A stretch of 64,000 nt of DNA from Macrostomum lignano (Eukaryota). The notes beneath the pieces were generated by a model. It had not been told where the DNA came from and ran no database searches. It saw nothing but the letters and a program-made list of their open reading frames with translations. How positions within the stretch are numbered: the first letter of the stretch is position 1; each line of letters opens with the position of its first letter. Positions 45,288-64,000 of the stretch are shown here, one piece after another. The stretch covers positions 321,966 to 385,965 of the forward strand of contig NIVC01001101.1 in NCBI GenBank assembly GCA_002269645.1. Reading direction: 5' to 3'. The position numbers and the translations under genes were made by a program.

Positions 45288-47162
45288 TGCTGCTCTTGAC
45301 GCTTGCTGTGGTTCCGCTTCCTAATCGATCGAGCCGACTTAGAGGTAAAATAAATCCGTCTACTGCTCAAATTGAAATGCCTTGTACTCATATGCCCCCA
45401 TGCAAAATTCTTTTCAAGCTTCAAGCGCCAATTCTCTGTTCCATATTCCGAATAATAATAGTCTATGTCCCAAACGAACCTGAGGTTTGCCACGCATTGA
45501 GTGTGACTGCCCGCGCCCCTGCTACATTAACTCAGCACTTTTAATTGCCTCTTTGAGAGTTTTATTAAACAGAACTTCATACTTTCACTGCGATCGATAT
45601 GGATTTTGCACTCAATGCTCATCGCGGGTTCCTTGTGCAAGTGCAGCAAAGTAAATGTGCGTACGAGCTAATTCACGTGTACATGACTTAAACTGGGCAA
45701 TATGTTCGTGTTTTCACTTATCATTACCCTTCCCAATGCACTATAGCAAACTTGGTTAGTTTATTTATGCTGCTGAGCTATTTACTGCAGGCACAGCTTC
45801 ATGAACTTCATTTGCGTTCGAAAGTTGGTTCTGTTTCAGGTAACTTGTAAATGTAAAAATGGAATCCAGAAAATTACATGTTACATGTACATTGTACATT
45901 ACGAATGTCATTACGGATGTCATTTTGTAATGTCATTACAAAATTACATTTACGGAAGACTAAGACTAATTCACTTAGCATTAAATACCATTTTATCGCA
46001 TTTCAATCCAATTTACGGGCGTCTAATTATATCAAAAATGGATGGTTGGTTTAAGCAAACATGACTATGAAATAAACAGACATGCATTTTTGCGAAGTAA
46101 AATTATTCGTTCAATTACATGGGCTTATTTAAAAAATCACAAGCTCTAAAAGTCACAAAAAGTAAAAAAAATTATAATCTCAAGCCTGAAATTCACAACC
46201 TGAGACAAACACCGGCGTTAATATTGGTAGAACTTAACAATCGATTTTTGTGTAGAAAGAAATAATTTCAATACGAAAGCTCTGCAATCACCTAGTTTAA
46301 AAAATCCGGAAGATTTTTTCGTATTAACAAATGAATGTGCGCGCACAACAAAAACGTAACTCTAATTTTTGAAGCTAATCTAAGAATTATATTAAAATTA
46401 CTTGGTTACACTCATATTTTCTGTCGAAAGTAATTTAATTTCTAAATATTGTTCGCCTATAAAGGTTTACAGTAACAACAACATTTAACATGTCTAATGC
46501 ACGGTGTATCTTTTCGGAATTCACAGCTGTGGCAGTTTAGTGTTAGTGTAGTACTCAGATAGTTTGTTTGAAATGGTTTTTCTGTTGTCACTTAGGCCTA
46601 ATTAAAATTTAAAAGCTATTTGAGTACAAAATATTGATAGTTGCCTTTAGTCTTTTTTCTGCTATTAATTCACAGACTTCTGATAATAGTAAAAATGCAA
46701 ATCAACAATTTTTGTACATTCTTCACAATCTAATGTATTTAAAATACATTTTTGTCCCATTTAAATCATTATAAAGTATTTTTAGATTAAGTTTTCTGTG
46801 TTTTAAGTTTAAAATTATTTTTTGTAATGCATACTTGTATAACAGGTGTGGTTATAGTGAATTAATTTTGTATTTATTGTATGAAATTTTTAATGTGAAG
46901 CTCTGACAAGGATGCAAATAAAAAAATCTAATATTTTTTTGTAAAAAATTCTTATAGTTATTGCAAATTTGGCTCATATATTAAGACTAGATTTCTTGGT
47001 ATAGTTCTGAATTCCTTCAAATAATAAATTAGAGTAAATATATTTACTGTATTTTATTTGTAGAATATTTTATTGATTGTAAAAAATATTAAGCCAATTT
47101 AAGGCAACAATAATTAAAAAAAACATTTCATTTGTTTCCATTACCAGCTGAAGCAATCAGTT

Positions 47163-53228
<6,066 letters not shown>

Positions 53229-54693
53229 CTTCATGCAATTTTCCATGTAAATACATAAAAAATTCATGTAATTGTGGTGATGGGGCTCACGGGCTCGGTC
53301 CCTTCGTGGGCTGCTTGATGTGGGAGCTGCTTGGGGTGGGACCGGCGTACGACGCAATTAATCCCTCTAAGGTGCTTACTAGTACAGATGCAGACCCAAA
53401 TAACTAGCAGATTTTAAGGCTTACCAGCCGCGATTTCGGTCGTTTGACCCTCAAACGGCGCCGACAGAGCAGGTGGGAGTCTTCATTGTATTCTTTGTGT
53501 TTGTATTTGGGCGCCCGCGCCAGGATAACTTAATGGCAACCAACGCTAGCACAAATCACCGGGAGCGACGAGAACGACGTGAATGGGGTCTCACGGGGGT
53601 CTGAATATATAGGCAGCAAACTGGGGTCGAGGGCGCGGGATGAAGGTGGCAACAGGGGGCTTAGACAACAGCATGAGACCAAAATGAGAAGTGCCAGCCA
53701 ATTGCCGAGGGCGCAGCACGACAGACTGGGATTGGCAGCCAATCAAAAACTACAGGGGCGGGGCAGTATGAGTATTATGAGTAGGATATAGTGCACTCAT
53801 AAAAACACATTCATGACATATTAAAGTGTAATATACATGTAACATTTTAAACTTTCACTGATCTTCTGCTTCACATGTATGCAATTTTTTGAATAATAAA
53901 ATACAGTAAAGTAGAATTTGTGAATACATGATTTTTTTATTTATGAAGGTAAACTTAAATTAATATTTTAGGTTCGAAACGTCTATTTCATAACTGAATC
54001 AAAATTCTTGAAAACATTCTTGAAGACATGGACTCAAGGCGTGAATATTTTTGCACAACTTTTTTAGATACTTCTACTGCAAGGAATAAAGTATACAAGA
54101 AAATTCATTTCGTTAAGAAGCAGAAAATGTTCGCACAGTACAAGGTTTGTACAGGCAACAGAGCTAGGAAAATGACAAAGAAAAGAATATAGCCAGCCCG
54201 ATTTTTTGCTGCAAATGTTTTCTAGATTGTAAATTTGTTACAATATTAGTATACGTAACTCTAAAAAGAGCTTCAGTTCCTACTTTTCAAAATTCGGGTT
54301 TCTAAAGCCTACGAAAAGCCATCAGAATATAAAAGTTTGTACGTGTTTTTTACGTATAATTTTAACTTATTTTAACAAATTAGACATAAAGTTAGTGCTT
54401 ATTTGTTGCTGAATAAAACAGTTTGCCAGAATTTTTAGCATAATTAGACAATATTTTAAAATCCATATATTAGATCTAAATTGTAGTAGTATATTGTTTT
54501 GTTGTCTTTTTGTTGTTTTTCAACACGAATTTTTTTCTTGATTTAAATCAAAATCTTGATTTGAACTTAGCTTAGTACAGTAACAGCAGCGGGTTGATTC
54601 CCCTTCTGTCCCATCAAATATGGCTGTATTTTAGTCCCTTTATTAAAAGGATTAAAAGATTATCATTTTAAAAACCATCCATCTGCGCATTAG

Positions 54694-62099
<7,406 letters not shown>

Positions 62100-62304
62100 C
62101 GGCTTCGGGCAGGCGGCTGCCGCCTCTACGGTTCGGAAATCTGCCGCCGCTGTGATTGAAAATGAAAGAATATCGCTAGCTTGGTTTTCATGATACTACT
62201 GATTGTTATCTTTAGTAGGGGTCCCCTCTTCAAAAGTAGAATTATCGTGCAAAAATTGAAAATGAACGATTATTTATGATCTAGTCTATGAATTCATCTG
62301 CTCA

Positions 62305-62314
62305 GTTAGTTAGC

Positions 62315-62361
<47 letters not shown>

Positions 62362-62795
62362 CTAGTTAGTCAGTTAGTTAGTCAGTTAGTCAGTTAGTTA
62401 GTTAGTCAGTTAGTTAGTTAGTCAGTCAGTCAGTTAGTCAGTTAGTTAGTCAGTTAGTCAGTTAGTTAGTTAGTCAGTTAGTTAGTTAGTCAGTTAGTTA
62501 GTTAGTTAGTCAGTTAGTCAGTTAGTCAGTTAGTTAGTTAGTTAGTTAGTCAGTTAGTTAGTTAGTCAGTCAGTCAGTTAGTCAGTTAGTTAGTCAGTTA
62601 GTCAGTTAGTTAGTTAGTCAGTTAGTTAGTTAGTCAGTTAGTTAGTCAGTCAGTTAGTTAGTTAGTCAGTTAGTCAGTTAGTTAGTTAGTCAGTTAGTTA
62701 GTTAGTTAGTCAGTTAGTTAGTTAGTTAGTTAGTTAGTCAGTTAGTTAGTTAGTCAGTTAGTTTGTTAGTCAGTTAGTTAGTTAGTTAGTTAGTT
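62305..62795. repeat. Mixed (GTTA)/(GTCA) microsatellite
   Basis: Direct reading. Confidence 0.95.
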
Positions 62796-63294
62796 TATTT
62801 ATTAGCTAGCTAGTCAGCAGCGGCTGATTTTTGCACCGTAAGACGGATTAACACATCCTGAGGTTTGCACTCTTGTCTCCTTTTACGAGTAGCATAAAAA
62901 GAACAAATAACGAATATAATTGTCTGTGGTCAGAAGCCATGAGTCAATATTTTAATTACACACCTTTTTACCTAGAAGTTGCAGTTTTTTAACGCCGTCC
63001 AATTTCATTCTCTACGCTTGAATATATCTGTCGTGCAATTACTTAATTCTTCTCTAGTCAGCACAGTGATTTTACTCAACTTATCAGTGCAATGCTCCAC
63101 TACTTTTTGCTTGCTTATGCTTATAACAGAAAACTGTTTTATCTAAGCAGTTGTTACCTTAACGAGACCTATTTTATCTGTTTTATACCGTCCTACTTGT
63201 TGAATGCCAACGTTAAATGTCAGACTCATTTTTTTAATTTTTATTTAATGATTTAAGCCTTTTAAGGCAACTTAAAGCATTCCTGACCTTCAAA

Positions 63295-63420
63295 ATGGCA
63301 TCCCTGACACTCAGAATGGCATCCCTGACACTCAGAATTGGCACCCCTGACACTCAGAAGTGGCATCCCTGACACTCAGAAGTGGCACCCCTGACACTGA
63401 GAATGGCACCCTGACACTCA
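63295..63420. repeat. 21-22-bp short tandem repeat TGGCA(T/C)CCCTGACACTCAGAA
   Basis: About 6 units. Confidence 0.85.
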
Positions 63421-64000
63421 AAATTGTTACTAACACCCTAAAGTGACGTATCCAACATTACCATTTTTGCAACTTTTTAAGCGTTAACAAACGCGCTACT
63501 ACTTAAAGTAGCTCATAGGTACTCAGTGATTTAATATTCATTCAATTTATCAGGACGCACAGCTTAAGTCAAAATTATTTTACTTTGAGCCCGTCTTTGG
63601 AGTTTTTTGTAGAGTCTATTTATTTTTACTCAACTGTAAGCTTTTGTAAGTATAGAATAAATTGGCACAAAATTTTTTATTGCTTTTAAAAACTCGCTAA
63701 TCCGTCCTGAGCATGCCCTGCTATTAAATTACACAGAGTGTTCTTTTTATTGACATGCTTATTTTTGAGAGTTATGTCATAAAACTTTGAGGACAGGAGG
63801 ACGGACTACAGTAAAACCAGGCAGTAACGTGTACTAAAACATGGGGTCGCACTTCTTCACATACTCGTAGTTGCCCTTCAGCTGTACACACATGTGATGC
63901 CTCTCTGCAGACAGCTCCCTGATCCCATCAGCAAAGAGTTCTGTGAGAATCTCCTGTAGATTGCGGAACTCAGCCTAGACAGACTGCACATCTGCACATC

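Noticed and set aside
53525-53545. Second X-box near ATGGCAAC
   Set aside because: Only a half-site; the other half does not fit the consensus.

Overview
Eukaryotic animal DNA with spliceosomal introns and satellite-filled introns. It resembles a free-living flatworm such as Macrostomum, but that is an unverified inference. (1) 1-23.8 kb is a ~11,680-bp tandem duplication carrying the last two exons of a MAP7/ensconsin-like gene and a secreted WSC+PAN/Apple-like gene. The second copy has acquired an internally deleted THAP/P element (104-bp TIRs, 8-bp TSD) and a deleted Gypsy LTR element (4-bp TSD). (2) 23.8-43.7 kb is a TIR element with piggyBac-like ends, into which a complete 16,774-bp Polinton/Maverick has inserted (24549-41322, AGTAGT termini, 6-bp TSD GTGATG). 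It encodes integrase, minor and major capsid proteins, a basic core-like protein, adenain-like protease, packaging ATPase and a protein-primed PolB that is probably spliced. It also carries a divergent TATA-binding protein (TBP) homologue and a tandem PC4-like protein, with a shared TATATAAG motif upstream of three non-structural genes. This possible self-encoded transcription-initiation module is the top finding. Many reading frames are broken by 1-nt losses in short base runs, including one in a host gene, which suggests long-read consensus error rather than decay. (3) 44-64 kb holds host genes: an intronless divergent PP1-like phosphatase, an FBXO15-like gene with a nested antisense WSC+PAN gene, and a TMEM145-like gene, plus many intronic satellites. 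All protein family calls come from reading motifs by eye; no database search was run.
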